Of a stretch of DNA of 54,175 nt, positions 40,235 to 50,700 are shown piece after piece. The DNA is from Candidatus Thalassarchaeum sp. (GTDB lineage: Archaea > Thermoplasmatota > Poseidoniia > Poseidoniales > Thalassarchaeaceae), in contig JASMMD010000005.1 of NCBI GenBank assembly GCA_030748335.1, positions 1 through 54,175 of the forward strand. The letters are read 5' to 3'. Position numbers and translations under genes: made by a program. A model generated the notes under the pieces. The model was given only the letters and a program-made list of their open reading frames with translations. It searched no databases and had not been told where the DNA came from. The first letter of the stretch is position 1. Each line of letters opens with the position of its first letter.

Positions 40235-41575
40235 GTGTATCTGATTACCGTCGAAGGAGGTGATGGGAGTGGCAAAGGCCTCGCCACCAAAGTCATCTCG
40301 AAAGTTCTTGAGAAGGAGTTCTCGTTCACCTCCGTCGAGATTACGGGCGAGCCACGTAGGGAGCATCCGCTCGGACGGCTCGCCATAGAGTCGGTCCGTA
40401 AGCGCACCATGACTCCCGAGCAGGAGGCCGGGCTATTCGCCGCCGACAGGGTGGACCACTCTCATGGCTGGATACTACCACTTCTGGAGGAGGGCAGGGC
40501 AGTGGTAAGCGAGAGAAACATCCACTCCTCATTGGTCTACCAAGGAATAGTTGGGGGACTGGGTGTCGAGAGGGTCGCGCACATGAACTCGGCCGCCCTA
40601 GTTCCTGACCTCTGCGTCTGGGTGGACTGCGACCCCGAGGTGGCGTTGAGGAGAATCAAGGGAGGCACCCTCAGGGCGCTGACCGAGAAGGAGGAGTACT
40701 TCGAGACCTCCGAATTGCAACTGAGGATTAGGGAGGGCTACACATCGCTACTGTCGGGTGAAGAGGAGATGCCGACGCCATTCGACATGGGCGCAGTGAT
40801 TGGACCTATCCTGAACGAAGGAACGGAAAGGGAGTTCCGACGCGAACTGACCCGCAGAATCAGGAAGTTCGTACACTCGAAGCCCGAGCCGCTGAATGTG
40901 GGGACCGAAGTCGTGGAAAGACACTTCCTGCGAAGGCTGATGAGGGCCTCGAAGGGGCAGACCACGCTATCCGGGATCGGGGTGAGTCCCGCCAGCGAGG
41001 ACTCAGGCTGGCTCGATGGCTCGGCACCATGGCGAATACTCAAGGACGCACAATCCGAGCATGAGGTAGCGCTGGAGAGTGTGGGTGAAAAATTGAGAGT
41101 CGATGTCCCCCTTAACATCCTATCACACTCCATGTCTTCGATATGTGGAACCCTGTCCCTGCTGCCATCAGCCGACGTCTCCGAGCTTCGCCAGGCCCTA
41201 GGCCCAGTGAGGGCCGTGTCGGAGCGTCACACCCAGAGAATAGTCAAGTTCCTCCACGAGCACACCGATTGGGTGCACAAGCACAAGGCCCTCGTCGGAG
41301 GTGATGCCCCGAGGTCTCAATTGAAGCAGGACTATCGCGCACTGGGAATGACCATCCTAGCCATCTGGCCGCTTAGGGAATCCATAAGACGTTGGATTTC
41401 GGAAAACCCGGAGACCCATCTCAGGTTCGCGATGGGCCAGATCGTCAGGTCCGGCGAGCACCCTTCGGCAGTCAGAGACACTCTGGAGAGAATCGCGTTG
41501 TTGGGCTCAGGCAATGTTGACTCCCCACTCCCCGCAGGAGCCAGCGGTCTGGTTTCATGGTGGCAGGGCAAGTAG
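40235..41575 (+). CDS. tmk: Thymidylate kinase with a long C-terminal extension
   Basis: ITVEGGDGSGK, EP, LFAADR.DH, V.SER..HSSLVYQG, PDL; about 230 extra C-terminal residues. Confidence 0.85.
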   Translation: MYLITVEGGDGSGKGLATKVISKVLEKEFSFTSVEITGEPRREHPLGRLAIESVRKRTMTPEQEAGLFAADRVDHSHGWILPLLEEGRAVVSERNIHSSLVYQGIVGGLGVERVAHMNSAALVPDLCVWVDCDPEVALRRIKGGTLRALTEKEEYFETSELQLRIREGYTSLLSGEEEMPTPFDMGAVIGPILNEGTEREFRRELTRRIRKFVHSKPEPLNVGTEVVERHFLRRLMRASKGQTTLSGIGVSPASEDSGWLDGSAPWRILKDAQSEHEVALESVGEKLRVDVPLNILSHSMSSICGTLSLLPSADVSELRQALGPVRAVSERHTQRIVKFLHEHTDWVHKHKALVGGDAPRSQLKQDYRALGMTILAIWPLRESIRRWISENPETHLRFAMGQIVRSGEHPSAVRDTLERIALLGSGNVDSPLPAGASGLVSWWQGK

Positions 41576-41578
41576 AAC

Positions 41579-42328
41579 TCACTTTAGCGTAAGCCTCGCG
41601 TCTGCTGGCAGCAGGACTGAGGAAGGATCGTCCCCGAAGTACTTCGTCCTAGCACACAAGGCTGAGCAGAACCACCATCCTACCACCGTACCCGCCGCGA
41701 TTCCAGTCAAAATCCTCAGTGGATTATTCGACTCGTAGTCAGTCAGCATCTGGGTGAAACCGTCTACTGCCATCGGTCCGAGTCCGACGCCGATTACGAC
41801 AAGCATTGCGAACATCCTCCTGTCGGCTAGGTAAATCGACTCGAGGGAGTGGTCCGGAAAGACCGAGAGGAAACTGTCGCGAATGGTCCATCGGTTCAGC
41901 CCGCGCCAACCGAAAAGCAACGCCCCTGCGAACAGTCCGAAGAAAATCCCGATGTCTCTGGTGCATACCGGCATCTGGTTACCGTTGATCTCCCAGGACC
42001 TCTCATGCTTCTGATGGCAGTTCAGGTCTCCGAAGCCGTAGACGAATGCCCAGACAGGATTGAGTTCGGTCCAGACGAAAGTGCCTCCGTGAGCCGATTG
42101 GTCGTGACCGACGGGAGAATCCTCACCGTGGTCATGGTTGCCCCAGCTGCCTTCGGTTGCGTAGTCCATGGCGTTGGCCCTGCCGGACAACTCCGGGACG
42201 CTGCCCTCCGGCATCATCGCTGGGGCGATGAAGGACAGCAGCAGGTACCCTCCGGCAATTGCTGCCACCGTCTTGCATACGCTGACCTCCCTACTCCTGT
42301 CATCCAGCCCATTCGCAAGAGAAGCCAC
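41579..42328 (-). CDS. DUF2085 family membrane protein
   Basis: CHQ..ERS..ING.QMPVC.RD.GI, PMAVDGFTQ, YESNN.LR..TG. Confidence 0.88.
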   Translation of the reverse strand: MASLANGLDDRSREVSVCKTVAAIAGGYLLLSFIAPAMMPEGSVPELSGRANAMDYATEGSWGNHDHGEDSPVGHDQSAHGGTFVWTELNPVWAFVYGFGDLNCHQKHERSWEINGNQMPVCTRDIGIFFGLFAGALLFGWRGLNRWTIRDSFLSVFPDHSLESIYLADRRMFAMLVVIGVGLGPMAVDGFTQMLTDYESNNPLRILTGIAAGTVVGWWFCSALCARTKYFGDDPSSVLLPADARLTLK

Positions 42329-42421
42329 GCCAGTTGCAGATGTTGCATGCTGATTAACTATACCACATGGCCCGTTTCAACCCCTTCGCACCCTCTTTAG
42401 CCCGCACTCGCTGCGCCCATC

Positions 42422-43204
42422 ATGGGCGACCTGAACTACCGTGATGCCGCATGGCTCGGCATCGTGGTCGGCTCCATGGTCGCTGTGATGGCGACGTTCA
42501 TCGCTATCTTCCTCAGTGGGCTGGACGACCCCGAGGTGGCCGGTTCCTTGCGCTCCGGCATCGTGGCCGGGCTTGCGGCAGTCGTCGTCGTCACTACCTT
42601 CGCGTACTACAGACTGCGAGAGACGTCCCGATCCGGCAGAGATCTCGGTGCAATCAGAGAGGAAGAGGTCAAGAGAGTGAGGGCAATACTTGCTCAGATA
42701 GGAGAAAGAGATTCAGTTTGGGCCACTCAGTCTTGGTTGGTTGAGGAGAAGGTTAGGAGGGACAGAGGAGTCTTGGTGGTTGATCTGCACGGGCTCGATG
42801 CAGCCTCCGCGGCCGCTCTAGCCGACAAACTGCTTGAGCGCAGGTCGGATTTAGGTCGACTGAAGCTGATGACGGGCAGAGGGGATGACACTCGTCCCGG
42901 GTCGGCGGACCCCGGCATCCGACCCGCCGTGCTGCAGCGGCTGAAGGTGGGTGCTACCAATGCCGAGTGGCAAGTCATACAGAAGTCGAGCTCGATCACC
43001 CTCAGGCCAATGGGCAGGGCGCCCACCCCTAGGCAGTGGCTAGGACGATTCGTGGTTTTCGTTGTCCCGATGACAGGCTCCATGACACTCGCCTTCAGGG
43101 ATTTGGCAGGTCCAGGGATGGGAGAGCAGGGGATGACCTTCGGGGCAGCCGCCGGATTACTGATGACCGCGCTCCTGTCTGGTTACAGGGATCGCTCGGC
43201 CTAG
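42422..43204 (+). CDS. Four-TM membrane protein containing an Smr (small MutS-related) domain
   Basis: VDLHGL....A and L.LMTGRG, with two TMs on each side. Confidence 0.7.
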   Translation: MGDLNYRDAAWLGIVVGSMVAVMATFIAIFLSGLDDPEVAGSLRSGIVAGLAAVVVVTTFAYYRLRETSRSGRDLGAIREEEVKRVRAILAQIGERDSVWATQSWLVEEKVRRDRGVLVVDLHGLDAASAAALADKLLERRSDLGRLKLMTGRGDDTRPGSADPGIRPAVLQRLKVGATNAEWQVIQKSSSITLRPMGRAPTPRQWLGRFVVFVVPMTGSMTLAFRDLAGPGMGEQGMTFGAAAGLLMTALLSGYRDRSA

Positions 43205-44304
43205 GGGCCAGATTCTCTCAATTCGGAGGTCAGGAGCCGGACCAACCAATCATGCAGGGACTCGCTACCCATCTCCGAGAGTGTCGAGTTGAGGAACGCC
43301 GCGACGAGGGCCCCTCTGGCCTCAGACGGATCGAAGCCCCGGGATTCCAAGTAGAATACTTGGTCCTCGTCAATCGGACCATTGGCAGTCCCGTGTCCGC
43401 AACCGATGACTTCGTGCTCAAGGACCTCGAGCTCGGGAATCGAGTCCGCTTCCGCGTCTTCGGACAGAAGCAGGTTGTGGAACAGCTGTGAGGCATCTGC
43501 CCCGGTCGAACCGTCGGCTATTCTCAGCATACCAGTCCCGACGGTCCTGCTGTCGCCATCGCAAGCAGAGTGCCAAGACAGGCGACTGAAGGTCTCCGGG
43601 GCATCGTGGTGGATTTCCACATGATGGTCGAGGTGCATTGAGCCGGCCGAGAGGATTGAGCCTAGGACCCTCAGGTTCCCACCGGTCTCAGCCATCCTGT
43701 AGCGAAGGTCCGCCTTGGTCCTATCCGACCCCGACGACACCGTGCCAGCCCTTACCTGCGCATCTCTCCCCACGTTGATTGAATCCACTCTCAATAGAGT
43801 TCCTCTGTCCAGCAGCCCGACCACGACGTCGTTTAGAGAGCCGCCATCTCCGACGCCCCCCGTCCTGAGCATCCCGAACCACTCGCCCGAGCCCCTGACT
43901 CTCGTCACCAGCTCCAATTCAGAGAGCCTGCCCACATCGAGGCAGAGGTGCAGCACGGAAGCTGAATCGCCGACATCGACGTCGAGGATGACTGGATGCT
44001 CAGAGGAGAATCCCGGCTCTACCCTCAGGGTCCAGCTCGAGCCGGCCGCCACCGCCCTGAGGAAGCTGCCAGTCAATGCGTCTGACCCGGGCATAATCGC
44101 ATTGGACATGACCCCCTGCTCGATGCTAATCCCATTAGGTGCGGGGCCACCGTCGAAACCAATCAGCCCGATTACGGGTGAACCCATCTCGGGTATTCCT
44201 GAGACGTCCCCAGTGGGATGGACCCTGCGCCACGGGGTGTAGCGCCAGAGGTGACTGGACCTGTCTGGCTCATCCAATGATAGGTACTGCGTGGCAGGGT
44301 CCAT
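43201..44304 (-). CDS. sufD: Fe-S cluster assembly protein SufD
   Basis: WRYT, NLLLSEDAEADSIPELE, C.HG...G.IDEDQ.FYL.SRG. Confidence 0.92.
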   Translation of the reverse strand: MDPATQYLSLDEPDRSSHLWRYTPWRRVHPTGDVSGIPEMGSPVIGLIGFDGGPAPNGISIEQGVMSNAIMPGSDALTGSFLRAVAAGSSWTLRVEPGFSSEHPVILDVDVGDSASVLHLCLDVGRLSELELVTRVRGSGEWFGMLRTGGVGDGGSLNDVVVGLLDRGTLLRVDSINVGRDAQVRAGTVSSGSDRTKADLRYRMAETGGNLRVLGSILSAGSMHLDHHVEIHHDAPETFSRLSWHSACDGDSRTVGTGMLRIADGSTGADASQLFHNLLLSEDAEADSIPELEVLEHEVIGCGHGTANGPIDEDQVFYLESRGFDPSEARGALVAAFLNSTLSEMGSESLHDWLVRLLTSELRESGP

Positions 44305-44313
44305 GATGCCACC

Positions 44314-45726
44314 TCAGCCGATGCTGCCTTCCATCTCCAGCGCCATCAGCTGGTTTAGTTCGACGGCGTACTCCATAGGCAACTCGCGCGTGAACGGCTC
44401 AAAGAATCCGTTCACAATCATGGCTAGTGCCTCCTCCTCTGAATGCCCCCGACTCATCAGGTAGAACAGTTGGTTGTCGCTGACCTTGGAGACGCTGGCC
44501 TCGTGCTCGCAACGCGCGGTAGGATTCGCCACCTCCATGGTGGGGTAGGTGTCCGAGCGACTGCCCTCGTCGAGGATGAGGGCGTCGCACACGACGTTGA
44601 GCTTGCAGTTCTCCGCCTTCGGGGACACCTTGACTAGACCCCGGTATGAGCCCCTGCCGCCGTTCTTGCTGATGCTCTTGGAAAGAATTTTGCTGGTGGT
44701 GTTCGAGGCGAGGTGATGGATCTTTGCACCAGCGTCCTGATGCTGCCCCTCGCCCGAATAGGCCACTGAGATGACCTCGGCGTGAGAACCCTCTCCCTTG
44801 AGGATGACAGAGGGGTACTTCATCGTCAGCTTACTGCCGATGTTACCGTCTACCCATTCTATCTTGGAGTTCTCATGGGCGATCCCCCTCTTGGTTACTA
44901 GATTGTACACGTTGGCACTCCAATTCTGCACGGTGGAGTAGCGGATGTGAGCCCCGGGTAGGGCGATGAGTTCGACCACTGCAGAGTGTAGGGAATCGGT
45001 AGAGTAGGTGGGGGCGGTGCAACCCTCGACATAGTGGATGCTGCTGCCCTCGTCGGCGATGATCAGCGTACGCTCGAACTGCCCCATGTTCTTGGCGTTG
45101 ATGCGGAAATAGGCCTGCACCGGCATCTCCACGTGCACCCCCTTTGGCACGTAGATGAACGAGCCACCCGACCAGACCGCGGTGTTGAGCGCGGCGAATT
45201 TGTTGTCAGTCAGTGGGACCACGGAGCAGAACCACTCTTTGACTATCTCGGGGTGCTCGCGAAGTCCGCTGTCCATGTCAAGGAAGATGACGCCCTGCTT
45301 CTCCAGATCCTCGCGTATGCTGTGGTAGACAGCCTCGGACTCGTACTGTGCGGTAACTCCTGATAGCCACTTCTGCTCCGCCTCGGGTATGCCCAGTCTG
45401 TCGAATGTGTTGCGGATGTCGTCGGGGACTTCGTCCCAGTCCTTCTCGGTGGCCTTAGACGAGCGCAGGTAGTAGCATATGCTGTCGAAGTCTATCTCAT
45501 GCAGCATCGGGGTGTTACCCCAGGTCGGCATGGGGCGCTCGATGAAGTGCCTGTACGCCTTGATGCGGATGTCGGTCATCCACTCGGGCTCACCCTTGAG
45601 TGCAGAGATCTCCCGCACCACTTCCTCGGACAGTCCGAAATCAAATCTGATTGTGGAGTTCTCAGGGTCATGCCAGCCGGACTTGTAGTCGCCGACAGCC
45701 TCCATGGCGTCTTGGTTGGCAGGCAT
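44314..45726 (-). CDS. sufB: Fe-S cluster assembly protein SufB
   Basis: [51 protein letters not shown]. Confidence 0.98.
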   Translation of the reverse strand: MPANQDAMEAVGDYKSGWHDPENSTIRFDFGLSEEVVREISALKGEPEWMTDIRIKAYRHFIERPMPTWGNTPMLHEIDFDSICYYLRSSKATEKDWDEVPDDIRNTFDRLGIPEAEQKWLSGVTAQYESEAVYHSIREDLEKQGVIFLDMDSGLREHPEIVKEWFCSVVPLTDNKFAALNTAVWSGGSFIYVPKGVHVEMPVQAYFRINAKNMGQFERTLIIADEGSSIHYVEGCTAPTYSTDSLHSAVVELIALPGAHIRYSTVQNWSANVYNLVTKRGIAHENSKIEWVDGNIGSKLTMKYPSVILKGEGSHAEVISVAYSGEGQHQDAGAKIHHLASNTTSKILSKSISKNGGRGSYRGLVKVSPKAENCKLNVVCDALILDEGSRSDTYPTMEVANPTARCEHEASVSKVSDNQLFYLMSRGHSEEEALAMIVNGFFEPFTRELPMEYAVELNQLMALEMEGSIG

Positions 45727-46514
45727 CAGGCAACGCCCTCCGCCTCGCCCCTCTCCTCAATCCAGTCGTAGCCGTTGTTCTCCAACTCTGTGGCCAGCTC
45801 GGGACCCCCTGATGCGACAATCCTCCCATCGATCAGGACATGCACTTTGTCAGGCTTGACGTGCTCCAGTATGCGTGAGTAGTGAGTAATAATCAGCGCG
45901 GCCGACTCGCCCCCCCTAATCGCTGCGTTGACACCTGCTGCCACCGTCTTGATTCCGTCTATGTCGAGGCCGCTGTCGGTCTCGTCCAATATGGCCAGTC
46001 GAGGCTTCAGCAGCAGCATCTGAAGTATCTCAAAACGCTTCTTCTCACCTCCGCTGAACCCGTCGTTGACGTATCTAGAGAGGAAGCTGCGGGGAATGCC
46101 GAGGGCATCCATGGCCTCGTTCAATTCGTTCCTGAAGTCCGCCCCTTTGGCGGACTCCTCCCCTCGTATGCTCGCGACAGACTTCCTGAGAAAGTTCCCC
46201 ACTTGCAGCCCCGGGACGGCCTGAGGGTACTGGAAGGACAGGAATACGCCCTCGCGTGCCCTCTCCCAGGTCTCCAACTCCAACAGATCCTCTCCCGAGA
46301 GCATGACCCGACCTGACTCGACCTCGAAATCAGGATGGCCCATGATGATATTCGCAGCGGTGGTCTTGCCGCTGCCGTTTCTCCCCATTATGGCGTGGAT
46401 TTCGCCCGGCTCTATGCTGAGGTCGATCCCTCTCAGAATCTGCTTATCCTCGATTCCAGCATGCAGATTGCTAATCTCCAGCAGGGTGCCTCCGCCGGAT
46501 TCACCATGTACCAT
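45726..46514 (-). CDS. sufC: Fe-S cluster assembly ATPase SufC
   Basis: [46 protein letters not shown]. Confidence 0.98.
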   Translation of the reverse strand: MVHGESGGGTLLEISNLHAGIEDKQILRGIDLSIEPGEIHAIMGRNGSGKTTAANIIMGHPDFEVESGRVMLSGEDLLELETWERAREGVFLSFQYPQAVPGLQVGNFLRKSVASIRGEESAKGADFRNELNEAMDALGIPRSFLSRYVNDGFSGGEKKRFEILQMLLLKPRLAILDETDSGLDIDGIKTVAAGVNAAIRGGESAALIITHYSRILEHVKPDKVHVLIDGRIVASGGPELATELENNGYDWIEERGEAEGVA

Positions 46515-46556
46515 GGGCAGGTGTCAATTCAGACCCCTTTTGAATGTCTGCCTTGC

Positions 46557-46574
46557 TTTTAGGTCACCCTAAAA
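46557..46574. promoter_or_regulatory. Putative DtxR/SirR-family metal-responsive operator
   Basis: TTTTAGG-TCAC-CCTAAAA between divergent sufC and nfu; fits the TTAGG-N4-CCTAA pattern. Confidence 0.65.
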
Positions 46575-46597
46575 TCACAGTCCCTCTACGGATTCCC

Positions 46598-47095
46598 ATG
46601 GTGGATGGCGCAGACTCTACTTCTCCCGCCTCCGAAGACTTGGAGGAGGCCTACCGCGCACAGATAGCTGCGACGATGGAGAAGGAGGCGCAGAGAAGGG
46701 TGGCTGAGTCACACGACCCGGATGAGATATCACGTCTGGAGGCGCTGTCACTGGTCGAGTTGTTTGAGAACGAGAACGCTGATCTAATACCTGCGCTGAT
46801 GGCACGACTCGGTCCAGTCAGGGCGGCCTTGGACGGACACGGCGGTGCCCTCGTGGTGGCGCTAGCCACAATCGAGGAGACTAACAGCGGTCGCAGAGCA
46901 CTGTCGCTTGTCATCGATCTAGACGGTGCCTGCGTGTCTTGCGGGGCGGCGCCAGGCACCCTGAAGGGTATCCAAGACGATCTGCTGATAGACTCGGAAA
47001 TCATCGAGGTGCGCTTCAGCTCGGCGATGCTGGAGTGGTTCGACGAGCTTCAGCGAGACTTCGTCCTAAAGCACGGCGGCGTGGTATTCGTCTAG
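46598..47095 (+). CDS. NifU/Nfu-type Fe-S carrier protein
   Basis: VR.AL..HGG....., L.GACVSC.....TLKGI (Nfu CxxC); divergent from sufCBD. Confidence 0.85.
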   Translation: MVDGADSTSPASEDLEEAYRAQIAATMEKEAQRRVAESHDPDEISRLEALSLVELFENENADLIPALMARLGPVRAALDGHGGALVVALATIEETNSGRRALSLVIDLDGACVSCGAAPGTLKGIQDDLLIDSEIIEVRFSSAMLEWFDELQRDFVLKHGGVVFV

Positions 47096-47730
47096 TCCAA
47101 CTCGCCCAGAACCTCGTTCATGGCCGTGGAAGCGAACCCCAAGACAGTGACCTCGTACCCCTCGACGAGCGTTGCGTGGGCACCAGCCTGACCGGCTAGG
47201 TCGTAGGCCCCTGCCTTGCCGACCCAAGAGTCACTTAGTATCAGTTCGGCAAGTGAGTCTGCGGGAAGGTCATCAAACTCCACGATGGCGGACTCCGTCC
47301 AGATATCAGCACTCCATCCTCCGTGCAGGGCCTCGGCCCCATCTCTGACTGCTTCAGGTGGCCAAAGGATGGCAGTCGATGACCACACGCGGTGCCTGCG
47401 TCCGGACAGCCTGAGCAGCATTGCAGTGGCAGCGACGACGTCATCCGGCTTGCCCATCGCCACAAGCGGGTCCTCCGGGTCTTCAACCAAGGTGTCGGCT
47501 ACTACTATCATATCGTGGATGGTCCCCGAGATCACCATCTCGCTTGCCGCCGACTCTGCCTTCGCAACGCATGTGACCTCGGCCTGCATTCCCACGCCTA
47601 GGCCTCCGGGTGGTTTGGGTTCAGGCGAGGCTAGGGCGCACGACTCCACCTCGCAACCACTGCCTTCCAGTAGTTCGCTCAGCCACAGGTATCGGCGCTG
47701 TGAGGCCGAAGCGAGGAGGATCGATGCCAT
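47092..47730 (-). CDS. maf: Maf family nucleoside triphosphate pyrophosphatase
   Basis: ILLASAS.RR, A KA, VVADTLV, GKP, LSGR.H.V, KAGAY, V.G. Confidence 0.88.
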   Translation of the reverse strand: MASILLASASQRRYLWLSELLEGSGCEVESCALASPEPKPPGGLGVGMQAEVTCVAKAESAASEMVISGTIHDMIVVADTLVEDPEDPLVAMGKPDDVVAATAMLLRLSGRRHRVWSSTAILWPPEAVRDGAEALHGGWSADIWTESAIVEFDDLPADSLAELILSDSWVGKAGAYDLAGQAGAHATLVEGYEVTVLGFASTAMNEVLGELD

Positions 47731-47738
47731 CTGAGACC

Positions 47739-50700
47739 TCAGAGTGCGATGTTCTCTCCGCACACAGGGCACTTGGCCGCATTGACATCCACCAGCGTTT
47801 CAAACCTGCAATCGCACCCCGGACACACCACTGGCTTGTTCAGTTGCGGCTCATCCGAATCCGGAGTTGTCTCAGGCGCGTCTGTACTTGGCTCGGGGAG
47901 ATGGACGGGCATAGGGGGCATCTCCGGGACCGGGGCAGCCTGACTTCTCCTACGGCGACGGCCCCGGCGTAATTCGCCCCCTCCGTCCAGCTCCACTAAC
48001 TCAACTAGGTTGGAACCTTCGTCTTCGCTGGTACTCACTGCTATGTCGTCCTCGTCGACCACGTCGACCACGTCCTCTTCAAGCAGTACGTTGCCAGACG
48101 CCTCGAAGCTCCTGCGTTTCCTCATCCACCTGATTCCCCTTGCGGACATAGTGGCCAGTATAACCGTGCACAGCAGCAGGACGATGACGGCAATTCCGCC
48201 TAGGAGGATGTTGAAGTTCTGCTCGTCCAGACCGAGGGCGTGTCTGAGTTGGTCGAGCATTCCGCCGCCATTGCTGGGGCCGTGGTCGTCGACAATCGAT
48301 CTAATCAACCAACCACTGGCCGAGGTGTGGACGAGCAGCGTTTCGCTGCTCGCGGGAGAACGGTCGATTAGGTGTAGGTTCCCAAGGTTGAGGCGGTTGG
48401 ATAGACCCAGCCAGCCCGCGTCGGCATCGATGATTCCGTACCTGACTTGGGGGCCGGTGGGTCCGACGACGTCGAAGAAGACCTGCACCCCCCTCTCGAC
48501 CTCCTTCATCATGATGGAGCTCAGACCCCTGGACGGATAGGTACGAGTCAGGTTGTCAATCGGCTCGAATGACGAGTCCGCCACCATCGCGACCATCACC
48601 GATTCGTGACCATCGCCCTCCCTCCATGCGGCGGTAATTCTCTCATCCCCATCGATGACGTGGACCTTCATCACAGCGAGGGAGGCCTCGTCCCCAACCG
48701 CTTTCTTGTATGTCCATGAGGACTGCTCGATGAGGCCGTGTGCGTACCACAGCCCGTGCCTCTCTATCCCGGTCGAATCGCTCCTTGTGGACTGGTACAG
48801 GAGGTGCGCCCCTTCTTCCTCTCCGAACTCGACATCTAGCGAACTAGCCGTTCCGGGAATGAGATCTATCTCCCCAATCACGTTCGGGGTAAGCGTCCAG
48901 TCCGAGGACTTGGTTGGATTGTCCGCGTGCAGCAGGAAGACGCTGGTCTCATCGCCGAACGTGCCTCCGGTGAACATGTCCCTGTGGTAACCAGAAATCA
49001 GGACCTCCTCACCATCGACGTCGATGTCGATTCCCCAGTACTTTCCATCCGACAGTGAGATTGGGTCCATCAGATCCTGGATTGGTGACATCTGACAGGT
49101 CGCGTCTATCGCGGAGTAACTTAGGGTCTGCAGGAAGTATCCGGAGGAATCTAGGAACCTCCTAGTCCAGACTATGTGGGCCCAACCGTCCTCCGTGCTC
49201 CAGGTCGCGATGTCGCCGGCCCACATCTCGTCCAGCACGTTGGTGCAGGGCGTGGTGCCCTTGTTTGAGTTCAGTCGGTACAGGGAGAGCACCCCACCCT
49301 TCTCCGTAATTACTATGCCCTCGCCGTCGAGATCGATGACTCTGATTGGCAACTCCCCGGCATCGAAGTTCAGCGCACGTCCGCCAGAGAGGGTCGACTC
49401 ATCCACTAGGACCGTCGACTCGACCTGATTATTGCTCCAGTCGAGGTCGGCTAATCCAGAGCCACTCAGGGTGATTCTGACTTCGAGAGGGCCTGATTGA
49501 TTGGCCCTATGGGCAAAAGAGAGCTGCGATGCGCCTTGCCCCATCACGAGCGAAATTGCAGTGGATGAAACCAACTCCCAGCCGAGTTCGTTGCGGATCT
49601 CAAGCGTGCCTTCGACGCTGGTGGCGTCGCTGGAGCCGAGGTTGTCTACCCTAGCTGTGATTAGGAACTGTTCGTTGGGGCGTGGGATGACGGGCTCGGT
49701 CCGCACCGCCCCATCGCGGAAGGCCAAATCGATCCCCTGAGGCCTCGTGATGACAGGGAAGGTGATTGACTGTTCGTTGTCATCTTCGTTCAACTCTTCT
49801 ATTGAGTTCGATGGGTCTAGGGACACCGTCACGGTTTTCTCACCAACGGTAGTTGGATTCCAGTAGAGCACCACCTCGACGATGTCTCCACTGTCGATGC
49901 TCGGCAGGACCATCTCGTCCTTACGCGAACCGTCCTCGTACAGGGCTATGGCGAGGTTCGATGCTCCGAGGTCGCCGTCGTTCCGAATCTCGGTGCGAAT
50001 CTCGAGGAAGGTGTTGACGTAGGTCTCAGTGAGTGGGATGCCGTACTCTTCAACAGACAGACCGGTCCTGAACATCAAGTTCGCTGCTGGAGGGTAGTTG
50101 TCCACTTCGACTGTCCGGCGTATCTCCTCGGAGTAGATTCCGTCCCCGCTAACCATCCTCGCAGAGAGGCGGTAGAATCCGTCGTCCACTTCTTCGGTGT
50201 CCCAAGTGACCGACCAGTCACCTTCGCCGCTGCCGCTGCCTCCGAAGGTCTGCGCCACCTCCCATGGATCGGTACCTAACCTCCACTGCATGGCCCCTCC
50301 GTTCACTGATTCCCAGGTACCGTACACGTTGACGTTCCCGGAGACGGGGTTCTGCCCACTGGGCCCCCCCATAGTGACGGCGACAAGACCGACCTCGTGT
50401 TTCTGCTCGACCACTTCACTCCACTGTTCGAACTCGTTCCTCGCCTGTGCCTCGATGATGACCTCGATGATGTTGATCTCATCCTCGGTGAACTCGGGCA
50501 GGGTGAACGGAGTCGTCCAGTTGGAAGTCCCCTGAGCGGCGTGCCAGTCGAGTAGGACGACCTCCCTCTTGGGTTCACCCTCGGGCCTGTGAGTGTATGA
50601 GATTCTGACTGCCACTTCGTTTATCGTGCCGTTGGTTTCGGCATCCTCGTCTATGTGACCTCTAGCGCTGTAGGTCTCTCCCTCGACCAGCCACGAACCC

